64,000 nucleotides of DNA from Marsupella aquatica (GCA_973895155.1 OZ316893.1:17949836-18013835), one strand, 5' to 3'; shown: positions 25,086-38,637, numbered from the stretch's first letter. Notes: generated from the sequence alone by a model not told the origin. Numbers and translations are program-made.

Positions 25086-25938
25086 TCGATTTCAATACCC
25101 CTCCTGCTCGAGACCAAACGCGTTCAACAAGGCAGCCCTAGAGTGCTCCCTTTGTGCTTCAGCAACCGTTACAAGAGTGTCCTGTTCGCAAGACCGAGGT
25201 TGCTCCAGCTGCATGGCACTTACGTCAAACTTCAAAATTTGGCGTTGGTCCTCAGTGCAATGGATCATTTGCCAGTAATTCTCAAAGAGACGAGTGTCGC
25301 AATCAGGTGAAAAAAGTAGGATTTCCCTCAGCAAATGGTGTTATCGACATTGTTGTCAAAGGGCAACGCATATTCAGGGGGGAACCCATAACCAAAATGA
25401 TTTGGTTTTGCCCAAACAATGCATGTTACAGAAGCCGTTTGCGTCGTGGTGTATTGAACCTGCCCCCTTTCCCTGATGTTCTTCTTGTTTTAAAAGGCAC
25501 ACATGTTTCAAAAGACGAGATGCATTATCTTCTTGAGAACGGAATCTCGCTAGTCTACTGAAATGAGTCTACTTCTATTCCCCCGTCGGATTTTGATCTT
25601 TGAATCAATGTCAATATCTTTCCAGAAAATGTCCATCTTCTTGAACCCAATGTTTGTCTCCGAAGCCGGAATGGGAGGAATACGGTTCCTCAGTCGACTC
25701 TTACCCAGGGTCACATGAACAAAATTGAGTCTACAAAAAAAGAGATGATGTCCATTTAGGGACAGTGGGATGTCTCTATTGGGAATGCATGGGGAAAACA
25801 GTTCAAGGTGCAAATGCACAAAAATATGCGGACGCCAAATTGTTACTTTGTTCAGATTTGCATTTTCCCAACTTGCTCTTGTGAGGATTTCTGCCGGCGT
25901 CATTCTCGAAAACATCCATATATGCCTTGCAAACATTT

Positions 25939-27432
25939 AGTCATGGAACTCGACTACTTTAACACTTAGCTCCGGCGTTGTTGACTCTGACGTCGAGCTC
26001 CCTTACGGTCCAGGCCTGGATAGGCCATCTGGGGAGGACTTAGCATGGGGAAACTAGTGGGCAACAAGATGTGGCGCTAGCGAAGGCAAGGAGCCAAGCT
26101 GGTGACACACACTAAGGACTTGGACTAGCTGAGAGCTGGTTGGGTCAAGGGGAAATGGGCCGGGCTCAAGGACGATTGTCCGGACCTCCAGATGGACTTT
26201 GAGTTCTGAGGGCTTGAGTGTGAGCTCCTCTTGGGCCCAAGGCCCATAAAGTTGACGCCATGGGCAACGGACGCTTGGGGTGCAAGTTATGGCCCGATCC
26301 GGGTTGGGCTGATCGGGGTCCCAAGCGGCGATGAGACCTGATGACCTAGGCATGAGCACTGGGTCGGCTTGATCACAACGGTCTAAGGCACTCCGCTTGC
26401 GGATGCCTAACAAGAAAGTTATGAGCGTTGCCAGTTGGTGGCGCTCCCATTATGCGCGATAGGATCCGGGTTGGAGGCCAAATGTTTAGGGACCAAAGCT
26501 GGTCCGGGGGTGGCAGGTCTCCAAAAGCATATATGAGGGGAGTGGTGTCTCCCTGGGGGCTAAGGGCGAGCCGAAGTCGTGAGCCGCGACGGTCGCGACA
26601 CTAAGGGAAACCGCCAAACGGAAATGGCGATATCTTCCCAATGAAAAGTCCGTTGGAGGACTTCTTGGGTGTGTTGGAAAGCTCTCAACAAGGGCTACGA
26701 CCTCCTGAGCTCATATGGGTCTGTGGGAACCATGGGGTCTCGAGGTTTGTGGGTGTTTACTCGCTCGCTTGCCAAATCCTGCCGAACAGCAGCCAAGCCG
26801 TGTTCAGTCTCCCAAGGGAGCTTGTATTGGGGAGGCAAGGCCAAGTAGGTGTGGAGGTTGAGTTCCAAGATTTTTTGGCCCCTAGACCATCAGTGAGGCA
26901 AATCGGGAGTTGGTTGCTGGAGTCGGGGCCATTCTGGTCCCGACGTGTTGGGAAAGCTTGGGATGGGCTTTAGGACAAGCTACGCTATTTGGGCCATGAG
27001 CATGTCCTGGGGTTAGGGCGGTCAGTTGGTGATGGATAGGTACGAGGGGGAACCCGGGCCGCGCCCAAGGAAGGAGCTGTTCTAGATGAACAGCGGGCGT
27101 GGGTTCTGGTTCCGGCTTATGGCATCGGGAGGACCTATCGCTGACCTATTTACCAATGTCTATTGAGCTTGAGTTAGGATGCTAGACTTGGCAAGTTCTA
27201 GATCCTGAAGGGTTACTTATCGAGGTGCTTGGTTGCTTGTGCAGACAATGAGGACCATTGAATAGCGGTCATGTTGGAGAGCAAGTGCGACTTCATATGG
27301 GAGGGGCCGCTGGCGGTGCAAGGGGCACTAGGGTGCTTGCTCGAGGTATTCTGTGGAGGCGTTCACGCACCAAGGGCACTTAGGCGTGAGTGCTGGGATT
27401 GGTGAGGGCGCTGGGTGGCTAGGTCCACCACT
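25939..27432 (+). mobile_element. Element E: 1.5-kb GC-rich insertion with AGT...ACT termini (solo-LTR-like)
   Basis: TSD CATTT (25934-25938 and 27433-27437) interrupts the SWIM motif CKH|LYW of MULE copy 2. The ends are AGTCATGG...CCACCACT. Confidence 0.8.
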
Positions 27433-28934
27433 CATTTGTATTGGATTTTCCTTACCGTTTTCAAACTAGACGTTGAGGAATCTACATTGACCAGCCAACC
27501 AATTCTCACTGTTGGAGAGGTCCAACTCATATTAGAGAGGCAAAATGCTCATGGTTTATAGTTTGAGTCATGATGCTCTCGGTTGTCCTACTGGTCCAAA
27601 CAGTTGTATTGATTTTGTCGTATGTCAATGGTATAGTGTTATGTATGTCGCGTTCTGTTTTTGTTAGCGCCAGGCGTTCATAATTTTGTCCTTCTGGAGA
27701 CACCATGTGTTTTCATTGTGTTGTGCCTGATTTTGTCATCGCCAACTATTTGTTTCCTAAATACTGGTTAACTAGTGCCAGGCGGTAGTCAAGACGTTGT
27801 TCGCTTTTCTTTTGGACCATATAATACGATAAATTTTTCTGTTGGGTTCATATTGTGTTATTTTCATTTATTTTGTTCCCAATTGCAGCCCAACCTACCA
27901 TGTTTGTGCGCATTCCTTGACATTTTTATGTATGCACCCCTTCTTTGTTCTGGGATATGAGGTTCAATTATTATGTGGTTCAAGTTTGACATTGAAGAAC
28001 ATTGCAAATAAATGACACATTAGCAAAATCATTTCATATTCAACTATTGTCTGAGGCCAACTTCTTGGAATGTTTGTTTACATGCACTAGAAGGAAATTG
28101 GGATTTTATCACTACCTAATTCACTTGTTTCAGAGTAATAACGGACAATTTACAACTCAATGGTTTGAGTGCACTAATGTCAATCGCTTTAGACAACTAG
28201 TGGTATTGAGCATAAAGTCGTTTATAACAAGAACTCAAAATGTATGAGTGTTTTATGTCACCGTCGCTTTCAAACCCAACGGTCTTAAATAACTATAAAA
28301 ATAATAGTTGTTTAAATTTTGCCCAAAACAACTACTATTGTGAATTTTTTTGACAAATGATACCTAGACATGTGGCGATCTCCACAATCATTGGGGGTGA
28401 CATCTGTCAAAAGTCAATTGTGGTCAATGCACCTTGAACCTTAAACAACTTTTTTCATGACTAGCATTCAAGTAGAAATTATATAGCCCTTGCCAATATA
28501 TGACTAGATTTTGAGTCTAAAAGATACTTTGTGTCACACATTTAATACTAGTTATATGACTAGAATTGAAATCATAACCAAACCACCTTTTCGACTTGTC
28601 CTATCACTAAATTTGAAGTGATAACATGAAATATTTTGACATACTTATTACATGTTATATAACTAAGTTTGATGTAGTAAAGATATATTATTTTGCAATT
28701 TAAGTACTTGTTATACGTCTCAAATTGAAGTAGTAATTGTAGAGCTTTTGTTATTTGTTATATGACCCTATTTATAGACGTATCATTCAATCCATTATTA
28801 GTTGCTATATGACTACATCTTAAGTGTTATAGATTGCTATTTTACAACTTTAAAATGGGTGACGAACATCATATCTTTGATAACTATAGTTATAGTAGTA
28901 TGACCATAGTCTAGTATCACTGCAATTATAGTGA

Positions 28935-29045
28935 TTTGGGTGTATTATAGAACTTGAATGATAGTACATTGGAGTGTATTGATCACTATATTTGGGTGTA
29001 TTATAGAACTTGAATGACAGTACATTGAAGTGTATTGATCACTAG
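28935..29045 (+). repeat. About 56-bp tandem duplication in the CACTA subterminal region
   Basis: tttgggtgtattatagaacttgaatgaYagtacattgRagtgtattgatcacta occurs twice. Confidence 0.85.
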
Positions 29046-29328
29046 ATTTAGAGTCATTAGTTTTAGAGTTCTAAACCCTAAAATGTACACACTCACAATA
29101 ACAAAAATCTCACATGTCTCATATACAGAATCAACAAAATTTGACACATGATACAACTTAGTAAATTATCATTTCAAACACCAACAAAATTCCTGAGTGA
29201 TCCACATCTGGGAATCCAAAAAACTGAGAGTTATAGTTGCACAATAGTATCCATGCTACCTATAGAAACCCATATACTTCTTCAATCACATGGATTCTCT
29301 ATTGCAAGCACTACTCAATTACCAAATC

Positions 29329-32300
29329 CTACTTCCTCATTAACTTCTGCCTCCACAAAAATGGGTGCTCCTTCACATGTTTGAGGGCTACCAAGCCTTC
29401 TGGGTGCTTTTCTTGGAGAGGTGCATCTTCATTCAAAATAGAAACAGCTTTGACAATCAAGAACCCAATAGGAACTGGGTTGTCATAATATCGATCAACT
29501 CCACATACTCCATCAATTTTTGCAATAACAATCACCTGCTGATCCACTGGTGACTTCAATTTCACCATGCCTCCTACTTTAAACTGTCATGCACACATCA
29601 ACAAGATAACACAACCATTTCATTAGACTCATACAATCAGTTCATTAGGCTTGTTAATGACAAGTTACAACAAATAAATGAATAAGACATGTATTGAAAT
29701 CAATAATTTGCTTTTGCTCACCTTCAAGACAAAGGGTGAAGGTACCGACTTTAGAAACTCTGCAACGATGGCTTCTTCAGATGACTTTGTACAAACAGCT
29801 TTAGGTGTCACAGCTTCAGTTATCTTCTGCGAAACAGATTAGGGTGAGACTGTAACTTACATAAGCATGCCCTACTAGGTTCACATTACAAATTCATGGG
29901 ATAATGAATACATTAATAATCACCACTTACTTTGCCTGCTTGATCGGGTATATCATGCGTGACAGTAACCAGGAAACAGGTTTACTGGTACCAGCAAAAA
30001 TTTACTTTTACCAGAAAAATGACAATGTAAAAATATTTCCAAAAAATTCATATTTCCCCCAAAAAATTTGCAGACAACATTTTTTGGCTAGCTTTGGACG
30101 CTAGCATTACTAGCACCGGGCGCTAGCAAAAACTTATTTTCAACATCAAAAATAAAAAATTATTAAAAATAAAAAATAAAAAAATACCACTCATTTTCCT
30201 GTTACCAGTTTCTGTTTCCTATTACTATTTGCTATTTGCTGTCGTTTGTAAATACCTCGCTTGATCATGCTGCACAGACAAACTATATACCACCTCTGTT
30301 TCTTCATTGATCTCTTGTTTCACAATCACTGGGTCGACAATATTGTATTCTGCATCAGTATTGAGATCAATCCCCTGATCATCTTCAACTGCCCATAAAC
30401 ATTTCAAGACATTAGAAAACATTCACTAATCCAAGTCATGCATGCTTGATTACACTACTTTAATTATCCTCTATAAAGAACACACCTTCTTTGGTCAAGT
30501 CCACCAAAAAGTCTAGTTTCATAGCTGAAGTACTTCGGCCTGAATGACTTTTCAGGCCCGAATGACTTTTCAAAACTGAACTCATTTGTGAGGACATTGA
30601 AGATGGTCCCAACCCAACTAGGACAGTTCTGGTTTCTTCCACATCTTCACTGTGGTCCTGTTTTGCCAAAACAGTTATTGTTTTGTCAAACCCAACACTT
30701 TATCCCAATATTTATTGCATCCACAATTTTAGTCAACATACGCTCATCACAATCTGTATTGTCTCCCATCTTAGACTTGGAAGTTGGTGTCTGCAACCAT
30801 TAACCAATCATACAAAAGTTAGTGGATATCACATAGACTTGGCAATTTGAAAATCACAAATTGGGCTTGTGAACTATACTCACAATTGACTTTCTGCCTC
30901 TCCAATGAGATGGTATGGCCTCACCTGTGATAGATCTCACACTTGATGGATTAATTCTATCATCTCTGGAACGTAGCTCTGATAGAGGTGGACTTTCCCC
31001 TTTTTTTCTCTTCTGAACAATGAAACCAAACAAAACATATCAGAATGAAACTTCTTGCTTCTTTGCATACCAATTGTTAAAACAAAGGAAGACACATGTT
31101 GTAAGCCTACTTGTTGTTTACAAACATTCATAATAACTATAAATGAATCTTGTATACTTACAAAGTCAGACTCCTTCCCACGGTAACCACCTCATCCAAC
31201 CCTTGATGGATTAATGACTTTAGATCTTGCATACTTCATCTTGTCAATGCTAGATATCCCTTCTGGAGATAGCCACCACTCACACAATGCCTTCCAATAT
31301 TCAGGTTTCACATTCTCAGGGGCTTCTTGTCCAGGCGTCTCCCACCTTCCTGAAAATGTTTGTGGAGTCTTGCTTGCTGTGCTTTCATTACTGCTGAACA
31401 ATGAGACCTAAACTTCTTCATTGACAGAGTCCCTGTAGATACTCCCAATCATTCTCCAACACAGCATAAACATGAAGAAGAACCCCTGAATCTTGCTTCT
31501 TAATCTCACGGATAGAAGGATTCAGTTTACCCATACACACAGCACGAAGATCATCTCCCCAACGTGCCCGATATGGATCACTAGGATCAACATCATTGTT
31601 CCAAATCTGCACACAATGCATCATAAGAAAACAATAACAGAGGACAAACAATAAATCACAAACATGATCTTTCACAAGCAACATACAGTGATTGCAGCTT
31701 TCTTCATGCCCAATTTGCGGCGCTCGCTTGTGTTCTCTTTCCATTGCTTCTTTGCAGCATGAGATGATTGTCGTACATATGTCTGTTCTGACCTTTCTGT
31801 GACAATTCCATCATCCAGATCACGAGTAGATGCTCTTGGCAAGGGTGTCACTACCACAACCAACCAAAGAGATCCTGTTAGCAAGTCAAACATTAATGTA
31901 ACTAGTGACAGTCAATCTACAATTGTGACAATCTTTGAACTCAGGAATCACTTGGCAAGTCAAAAACAAGCTCATGGCAAGTGAGGTAATGAATAATTAC
32001 TTACATAAACTCATATCCTTTGTCCTAGGATCCACATAATATTTAGCTCTTGACTGTCGGGGAGCCTATGGATAACAGTGTGCACATTAAAGTAATTAGT
32101 AACACTAGCACCAAATCAAGATATACAGAAATTGGACAATTAATGCAATTAGCTTCAATTGAAGTAAAAAATGACAATGAGTCTTCTCCTACCTTACGTG
32201 GCTCTTCAACACCATCTGATTCAAAGCCATCACTTAACCTTCCCCATAGTTTGTGTCAGCTGAGTTTTCAGACCCATCACTCCACTGTTGTCACTCTCCA

Positions 32301-32634
32301 TGATTTTCTCCAAGTGCCTGCCAAGTAATCGTGAACTCCTATGCTTTGCTACAGACGGCTGATTCTGTTCAGTCTTCTTTGACAACTTAGATAGACGCTT
32401 GCGCCTTGCCTCTCCCTGTAAACTGCAATCACCCTGACAATGTCATGAGTGTGAACCATTAGTAATAAAGGCAAGGCATAAATTCAAAACTATATGGGGA
32501 TAGAGTACATACTTTAAATCACTTGCAGCAGCTCCTACGAACCGGTCAAGTATAGCTTTGTTGGCTGCTATGTTCCTATTCCTCTGTGCCTCATAGGCAT
32601 TCTCAAAACCTTTCACCCTAGACCGATCATGCAT
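29329..32634 (-). pseudogene. CACTA TnpA-like multi-exon gene (Ptta/Transposase_24-like and TNP1-like C-terminal regions)
   Basis: NAYEAQRNRNIAANKAIL, PENVKPEYWKALCEWWLSPEG...ARSKVINPSRVG, and a C-terminal IAKIDG...NPVPIGFLIVKAVSILNEDAPL...FLW. Exon boundaries are not fully resolved. Confidence 0.65.
29946..30257. mobile_element. MULE-derived MITE (312 bp)
   Basis: GGGTAT...AATACCT ends and a 9-bp TSD YGCTTGATC (29937-29945 and 30258-30266). It contains TAGCACCGGGCGCTA and CTGGTA(A/C)CAG subterminal motifs like the end of MULE copy 1. Confidence 0.85.
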
Positions 32635-32707
32635 TTCAATTCAAAACTGCATAAAAAACAGTATCACCAAAGAGCAATCAGTACTTCCTGCCCCAAGAGG
32701 CACATTC

Positions 32708-35700
32708 TCACTCTTCATGTGAATCTTCTTCATCTTCCCAGACATCATCATCATCATCATCACTATCACTTCTTGTCAACACTGCCATCTCCTGAAAAAC
32801 TACAATTTCTCCTTCATCCAAGGACACTGGTCTGTTAGCTGCTGCAACAAGCTCAGCCTCAACAGCCTCATGACGATCCACAAGATCATTAAACTCAAGG
32901 TCATTTATACCCTCAACAACTTGTCGAGACCTCCCTTCCTTATGGAGAACATGTCTCCAAGAGGCCCTGGCTGTGTTTGGGAAGAAAACCTGCTCAATCT
33001 GACTGGGCAAGACATAATCTAATTTCTCAGCTGAGGGATAAGGCATATTAAAATTGGCAGGCCATAGGCCAGTCTCATCATGTTTCATTGATTGATTAGA
33101 CCTCTCCTCTCCCCACTTAGACCGCACCCACTTTGCCTTCAAGATTATGGCTGGTTCAGAATGTAACAGAGGTCCATAGTCAAGCACAAGTATCTGTGTC
33201 AGAACCCCCACATATGTAAGCTTGGCCAAATTCACCCCAGTTTCTTCCCTGATCTGCTCATGGGAAGTTGTGGCCACCCCTGAATCAAATGTAGCATATC
33301 CTTGACAATCAGTGTCCCTGAGAGTGGACATCTCACACCATTCACCATTCCTATCTTTGCAGCGCATCACTCTGTAATGGTTCCCAAAAGCCTTCATTGA
33401 ATTGTAAGACAAAGCCTTTTGGCTTGGTGGAAAAGAAATTGCAGTCAACAACAACTTGTCCTCATTGTCATCCAGGTTAGCCTTGTGTATTGTATCCCTG
33501 AACCACACTCCACAAGGAATGGAAGCAAATTCAGCAGGACAGGCCATTGCTTGACGTCTGTCTCATTGTCGTTTTGCATTATTCTATCTTACAACAGCTT
33601 CCCTTTCTATCCTTCGCTCCTCCTCTTCTGACTCATACAACCTTCCAAGCAAGCAAAGAACAATGTCAGATATCATAAAAGAAATACTGTCATATTGTGA
33701 CAACGCATTTAGAACTACATTACTGAACACTGAGACAGCCATAAACAATATGATGTAGTTATCATGTACCTGAGCCATGGTGCAACCTGTACATGGTTTT
33801 GTAGGTAATAGGTGTGGGCAGCATCTCGATCAGCAACAGTTAGAGACAGTTTACTTGAGGCCCCTTCCAGGACCACACCTTTAACCCTTGCCTCTTCTTC
33901 AGAGTCCCAAACCCGCTGCCGAGTTACTTGGCACTGAACCATATACTCTGTGACAAATCCCAATGCCTCCTCTAGGATATAACCCTCAGCCATAGATGCC
34001 TCTGGTCGTGCCCTGTTTCTTACAAAACCCTTTAGGTTTTTCAGGTATCTCTCGATTGGATACATCCACCGTTGTGATACAGGTCCACATATATCTAGCT
34101 TTTCCACTATATGCACCATCAAATGTGTCATGACATCAAAAAACAAAGCTGGAAAATGCATTTCCAAAGCACACAAAGTATGTGCCACATCTGTCATCAG
34201 TTCATCCTGAGTGCTAGGGTCCCAGACCTTACAACAAATTTTACGCCACACACGACACACACTAATGATAGCCATTCGAGGTCCTATTGCCATCAAGTCC
34301 TTCAATGCCAAGGGAAGTATCTGCTGCATCAGGCAATGGTAGTCATGAGACTTGAGACCAGCCAACTTATTGCTGGCTCTCACACACTTTGCCAATGAGC
34401 TACCAAAATCTGTGGGAACTTTCAAGTTCTTCAAAGTGCCCAGAAACTTCTCCAGCTCTGGTTTGCTCATCACATGGGGCGCCTTGGGCTTCACAAAGTG
34501 GTCCTTCTTACTGTTTGGATGAGGGTTCATCCACAGCTCCTCATGAATGCCTTCAGCCTCCATATCATTCCGCACAGCAGTGGTATCCTTCTTCCCAGAA
34601 GTAGTGTGAATCAAATTTTGAGCAATGTTCTTCTCTATGTGCATGGGATCCAGCACATGGTTGATCAGAAGTTTCTGCATGCAAACAACAAAAAGCAAAT
34701 CAGTCCAACTGCAAATTGACATGTGTGTACAAATGTTGGTTGCAATATCTTCAAGTAAAAAACGTGAATGCAAGTGTGATTTTACTCACCAACCAGTATG
34801 GCAGCTTTGCAAGACCTTGTGTCCTCTTCGCCCCATGAAGCTTCGAAGGACAGTTCTTGCTTCCTTGTTTGGCCCCAGGTGTTTTCAAGTACTCTTCCAC
34901 CTCAGCAACAAAGGCTAATTTTTGCTCACAAGTCATCCTTGGGGGAGGCCCCCGTGGCTCGCACTCCCCATCAAATTTTGCTACATAACTTTGGGAGCGG
35001 TACTTATGGTTCCCCTCCAACCACCCTCGACTCCCCAGAAATACATTCTTGGATAGAGCAGCAGACCTTCTACAGCTCACATTGGGACCACACACAATGC
35101 ATCCATGATATCCTTTTGTGACTTGACCCGATATGAGACCCAAAGCTGGATAGTCATTCATTGTCCACAATAGAATGGCCCGCAGATTGAACCACTTATT
35201 CAGGCCAGGCCTATCAAGTGAATCAAAGCATGGAACTCCCTCCCAGAGCTCCAAAAGCTCCTCCAACAATGGAGCCATGTAAATGTCAATGTTGCGGTCA
35301 GTCACTGAATCAGGCCCAGGGATTAGCAAAGATAACATAATGAAGAACTTCATGGTGGACAACCAAGGGGGAAAATTGTAATTCAACAATACCACAGGCC
35401 ACATAGAGTGCTTGAGGTTGTTTTCCCCAAAGGGATTCACACCATCCAGAGCCAATCCAAGGTGTACATTGCGAGGCTCTGCTTCAAATGTTGGATCAAT
35501 TGTTGTATCAATCTCCTTCCATGCCCTAGAATGTGCAACATGCCGGACCTTTCCATCGGTGCTTTTATTGTCCTTATGCCATGTCATCAACTCTGAAATT
35601 GCCTTGCACCTGTACATTCGTTTCAACCTGGGTATGAGGGGGAAATGTCGAAGGACTTTCACAGATTGCTTTGATTGTCCAACCTGCTTATACCTAGGCT

Positions 35701-35945
35701 TTTTGCACAGTGGGCACTCTTCGCAATGAGCATGCTCCTTTCTGAATAGGACACATCCATCCTCACAAGGATCAATTTTGACATAGTCTAAGCCAGCATG
35801 ACTGATCAGCTTCTTGCATGCATACAGGTTTTTAGACTGCAGATTCTTAGCAGGCATCAACTATTTCCCCATCAGCGAAAGCAGTTCATCAACTCCAGAG
35901 TTGGTGAAACCATGATTATGGCATGTGTTTAGAAATGTCAACACA
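32708..35945 (-). pseudogene. CACTA TnpD transposase (Transposase_21, DUF4218 and DUF4216-like regions, spliced)
   Basis: YVKIDPCEDGCVLF...CPLCKKPRY, LRHFPLIPRL, PRNVHLGLALDGVNPF, MNDYPAL, LDPMHIEKN, LKSHDYH, WMYPIERYL, NRARPEASMAEGY, YVLPSQIEQVFF. Confidence 0.9.
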
Positions 35946-37570
35946 AATGACAATTGTTTGTTTAATTTACAGCTCAACGATTCATGACAATTTATCCTCC
36001 ATAACCGCAATGGACTAATTCCAAAATTTACAATTCTACACTTATTAAAAAATTAAGAAACTCTTGATACTATGTTTTTTCCCTTGGTACAAGCATTTTT
36101 TCCTGGTAACAGCATATTCAAAATAGGAAACAAAGTTTATGTTAGCCTGTTTCCTGTCTTCGTCGCTATACCCATTGTAATTGGGGCTGTCAAGTTGTCC
36201 AAGGAGTTTGCCCCTTGAAATTGTCAAAACTAGAGTTTGTCATGCTCTAACATCTTGGGACGGTTTTGTATCGAGGTCTCCCCCTAAAATGGTATGATTG
36301 TTGTAGGAGTTTTGTACCAATTTTGACTGCAATATCCGCCTATTCCATCTGTCAATTTCTGGAATTTGTCTCCATTCTATGTGGATAATGTCCACATCCT
36401 TTTGATAGTATTGAAGAGTGTGCATTCCAATTTTGTCCATAACCATTTTGCTCATTCCTCTTCATTTTCTTCAACCAATGCACTTTTTGTAAATTGGAGA
36501 TTCCTTGCCTCTACGTTCTAGTCAAATCTTCTTCTCTCTCCTTGTCATAGCTTTGTGAAATCGATCAAGCTCTCTGTACTTCGATTAGATGGGTCAAGCT
36601 AAGAAGTAGCGGGCTTAGGGATGGTAGCGTTTCTTCATAATTTCATCCCTAACCTCTTAATAATTTCTAAAAGAAACAAAATTCCTTCACATGCGGTCCT
36701 ACACATCATCTCTCAAAGCTATGAGTGATCTCTTCTGGAAAGTTTGATGGAATGCTTATATCTGCAATCTATGTGTATATCCTCCTGTCAGATGCACGTC
36801 AAGGTAATTATGGCAAGAGATTTTTCTTTTTACGCTCATTGCATCAATTATGTCCAATGTATTTCACTGAACATTGATCAGTCTCCAAAAGCTTAGAGCA
36901 TCTCCTAAATTCAAGCACCCAAGAATGGTTCAGAAAAAAAATGTTGGAAGTCAACTTTGTAGTAATTGACTTCCCACTTGGAAGCCATCATTCAAAATTA
37001 AGTATCTCCTATGTTTCTATTTTCATGTTGAGAATTATAATCTGCTAAGAATTGGTAGAGTCTATGTGCTTTGATGTTGCTGCATTTCTCCCAAAGAAAA
37101 ATTGCTCATGGAGAGTTACTTGCTGATAACGTGTTACAAGGTAGGTGACCTTGTGATAGAATGACACACCAATACACCAGCAAGAATAATGATATCCATT
37201 AGAGGTCCAAGAGGTATATACATATGGTGGGTAGTTATGGTAACTACCTCTTCCATAGATGTTAACGTAATCCATGGGTTATAACAATAAATAATGTTCC
37301 ACAATACCGTTCAACCATTCTGTTTGGCCATCTGTCTCATGATGATACGTGGATTCCCTGGTAAGGTTTGTCTTGGATAATCAAAACAATGCCTTTCTGA
37401 AGTGACCAACAAACTTAGTGTCACAATCGAACAAGATGTGCAACAACAATCCCCATTGTCAAAAGACTGTCAAATACTAGCTAGATTGGCAACCTCTTGG
37501 ACCAAAACCATTTTTGTAGTAGGCAAAAAATACGTCATCTTAGAAAAATGATCAACAATTGTCAGGATGG

Positions 37571-37890
37571 GGGTATTTACAAACCACAAGAAACAAGAAA
37601 CAGTAATAGGAAACAGTTACTGGTAACAGGAAAGTGGTTACTAATTTTTTTGGATTTTTTTTCGGGAAAAAATGATTTTTTTGGGGGGGGTTAGTCATCA
37701 TCATATTGCCAGCGCCCGAAGCTAACAATAGCAGCGCTTGGGGCTCGCAAAAAATGTCATGATTTTAATTATTTTGAAAAATAAGACTTTAAATGGTGCA
37801 TTTTTAGATCGTCTTTTTTACTGGTAATAGGAAACTTTTTGCTGGTACTAGTAAACCTGTTTGTTGTTTGCTGTTGTGGTGGTGATGCCC
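37571..37890. mobile_element. MULE-derived MITE (320 bp), same family as 29946-30257, opposite orientation
   Basis: GGGTATTTAC...GATGCCC ends and a 9-bp TSD TYAGGATGG (37562-37570 and 37891-37899). Confidence 0.85.
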
Positions 37891-38544
37891 TTAGGATGGA
37901 GTTGTGCCGTGGAAATTAGGTAACTTAACAATGAAGTCCATGAAGATTGACTTTGATGACGCATTGGCTACTGGTAATGGTTGGAGTAGCCCTCCAAACA
38001 GCCTTATAGACGATTTGGTTCTTTTGGCATGAGTAACAACTTTGCACCTGACAAAGAATTGATTGCTTCATGTCCACCCAATACACATTGCACGACATGT
38101 TGCGGTACATAGCAGCTTGCCCGCCCTCCCCAAGGTTGTGGTACTTTTGTAGAACCTCAAGTCTTTGAGATTCTGGGATGTACAAATGCCTTTGCTTGTA
38201 TCACCATAATTGGACATTATGTGCAATATCCAACCCCAATGAAACATATCTAACCTTGCCTTGGCTTCCCCTACTACTTTGCCATTCCTTGGCTAACCGG
38301 GCATCCCCATACATTGCGACCAAAACCTTTGGCCACTCGAATTCAAGCATTGTGATCCTACTAACCTGATGATGGTCCCTACGCAATAAAATGTTAGTTG
38401 CAATGTTTGTCTTCCCCGGAATGTGGCGGACTTCAAAATCAAAGTCTACTAAAACCATATGCCAACGCATTTCCTTTGGGTTTAGCAAGCTATATGTATG
38501 GATTATCACCTTGGGACCGTTCTTAAGGTACTTACTCTCAACCA

Positions 38545-38637
38545 CATGGCCGTTCTAGAGACCTGGACCATAGAGGAGCTTGGCATTGGAGTCAACGACG
38601 CTTGAGCTAAATATTAGGGTAGTCAAGTTTTGCAACT
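38545..38637 (-). mobile_element. Short 5' fragment of the element E family
   Basis: The minus strand reads AGTTGCAAAACTTGACTACCC...GCGTCGTTGACTCC...GGTCCAGG, matching the start of element E. Confidence 0.65.

Larger units (their letters stand above)
18035..27561 (+). pseudogene. MULE transposase copy 2, fragmented by three insertions (pieces 18035-18063, 22249-23327, 25086-25938, 27433-27561)
   Basis: HFYRVFHCHS|VEGVLEESHAEHRKLWDK...WWQSGNCVPGKLQMLQSWISWW is colinear with copy 1, has the same intron position, and has a SWIM finger at ~25840-25938. Confidence 0.85.
28085..35945 (-). mobile_element. CACTA/En-Spm element remnant 2
   Basis: CACTAGAAGGAAA terminus at 28085, TATATGACTAGA-like subterminal repeats at 28450-29050, and TnpD followed by TnpA-like exons on the minus strand. 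The other terminus was not found. Confidence 0.85.

Noticed and set aside
36230-36950. Possible gag remnant
   Set aside because: Too decayed to support a call by eye.
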